Of a stretch of 43,248 bases of DNA, positions 43,202 to 43,248 are shown piece by piece (position 1 is the stretch's first letter; each line of letters starts with the position of its first letter). The translations under genes were made by a program, and so were the position numbers. The stretch lies in the IMG/VR virus record IMGVR_UViG_3300045988_178743. One strand, given 5' to 3'. The stretch comes from a virus. The notes beneath the pieces were generated by a model. That model had not been told where the DNA came from, did no database searches, and saw only the letters and a program-made list of their open reading frames with translations.

Positions 43202-43211
43202 CGCCGAATAT
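43194..43211. repeat. Crossover site copy (mirror of 38..55)
   Basis: The same 18-bp palindrome. Confidence 0.9.
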
Positions 43212-43248
43212 CACCGGTAAGTTCGGCGCTTCTAAGGCCGACAATCAG

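Larger units (their letters stand above)
42769..43248. repeat. Right copy of the 480-bp terminal inverted repeat
   Basis: It is the reverse complement of 1..480. Confidence 0.95.

Noticed and set aside
1-43248. Terminal inverted repeats as genuine linear-genome ITRs or hairpin telomeres
   Set aside because: The repeat is exactly one fibre cassette pair bounded by crossover sites. A 55-bp direct repeat (1..55 = 42722..42776) indicates circular overlap. I recognise no protelomerase or protein-primed polymerase. HNH, TerS and TerL indicate terminase-based packaging.

Overview
The window reads as a near-complete temperate phage genome with a unit length of about 42.7 kb. Calls rest on reading the sequence and ORF track by eye and on remembered family motifs; no database or HMM search was run. 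Almost all late genes lie on the minus strand. They comprise an HNH/TerS/TerL/portal/protease/HK97-type capsid module (12600..18320), head-tail connectors, and a Mu-like contractile tail and baseplate (268..11451). A second fibre cluster and a lysis cassette occupy 34743..40675. The early region is lambdoid: divergent CI/Cro switch, O-like initiator with internal iterons, DnaC-like loader, RusA, Q-like regulator followed by a terminator. The plus-strand accessory arm (22377..31557) carries a PanA/DUF4065 gene with a small membrane-protein partner, Bro-N genes, a YqaJ exonuclease and an AlpA-like gene. It also carries an intact IS4-superfamily insertion with a 6-bp target duplication and an ISL3-like remnant. 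An integrase (33068..34414) sits beside what looks like an intact attP: a tRNA 3'-end core with TGGGAGC arm repeats on both sides. The stand-out feature is a tail-fibre tip switching locus. Six different start-less C-terminal cassettes lie head-to-head and tail-to-tail (1..480 and 41927..43248). All begin with CCGAATAT(C/A)A, and they sit next to a second, P4-integrase-like tyrosine recombinase (40678..41847). No serine invertase is present. The two window ends are a perfect 480-bp inverted repeat, and bases 1..55 recur directly at 42722..42776. I read this as a circular or permuted genome assembled through both orientations of one invertible segment, which would be direct evidence that the switch is active.
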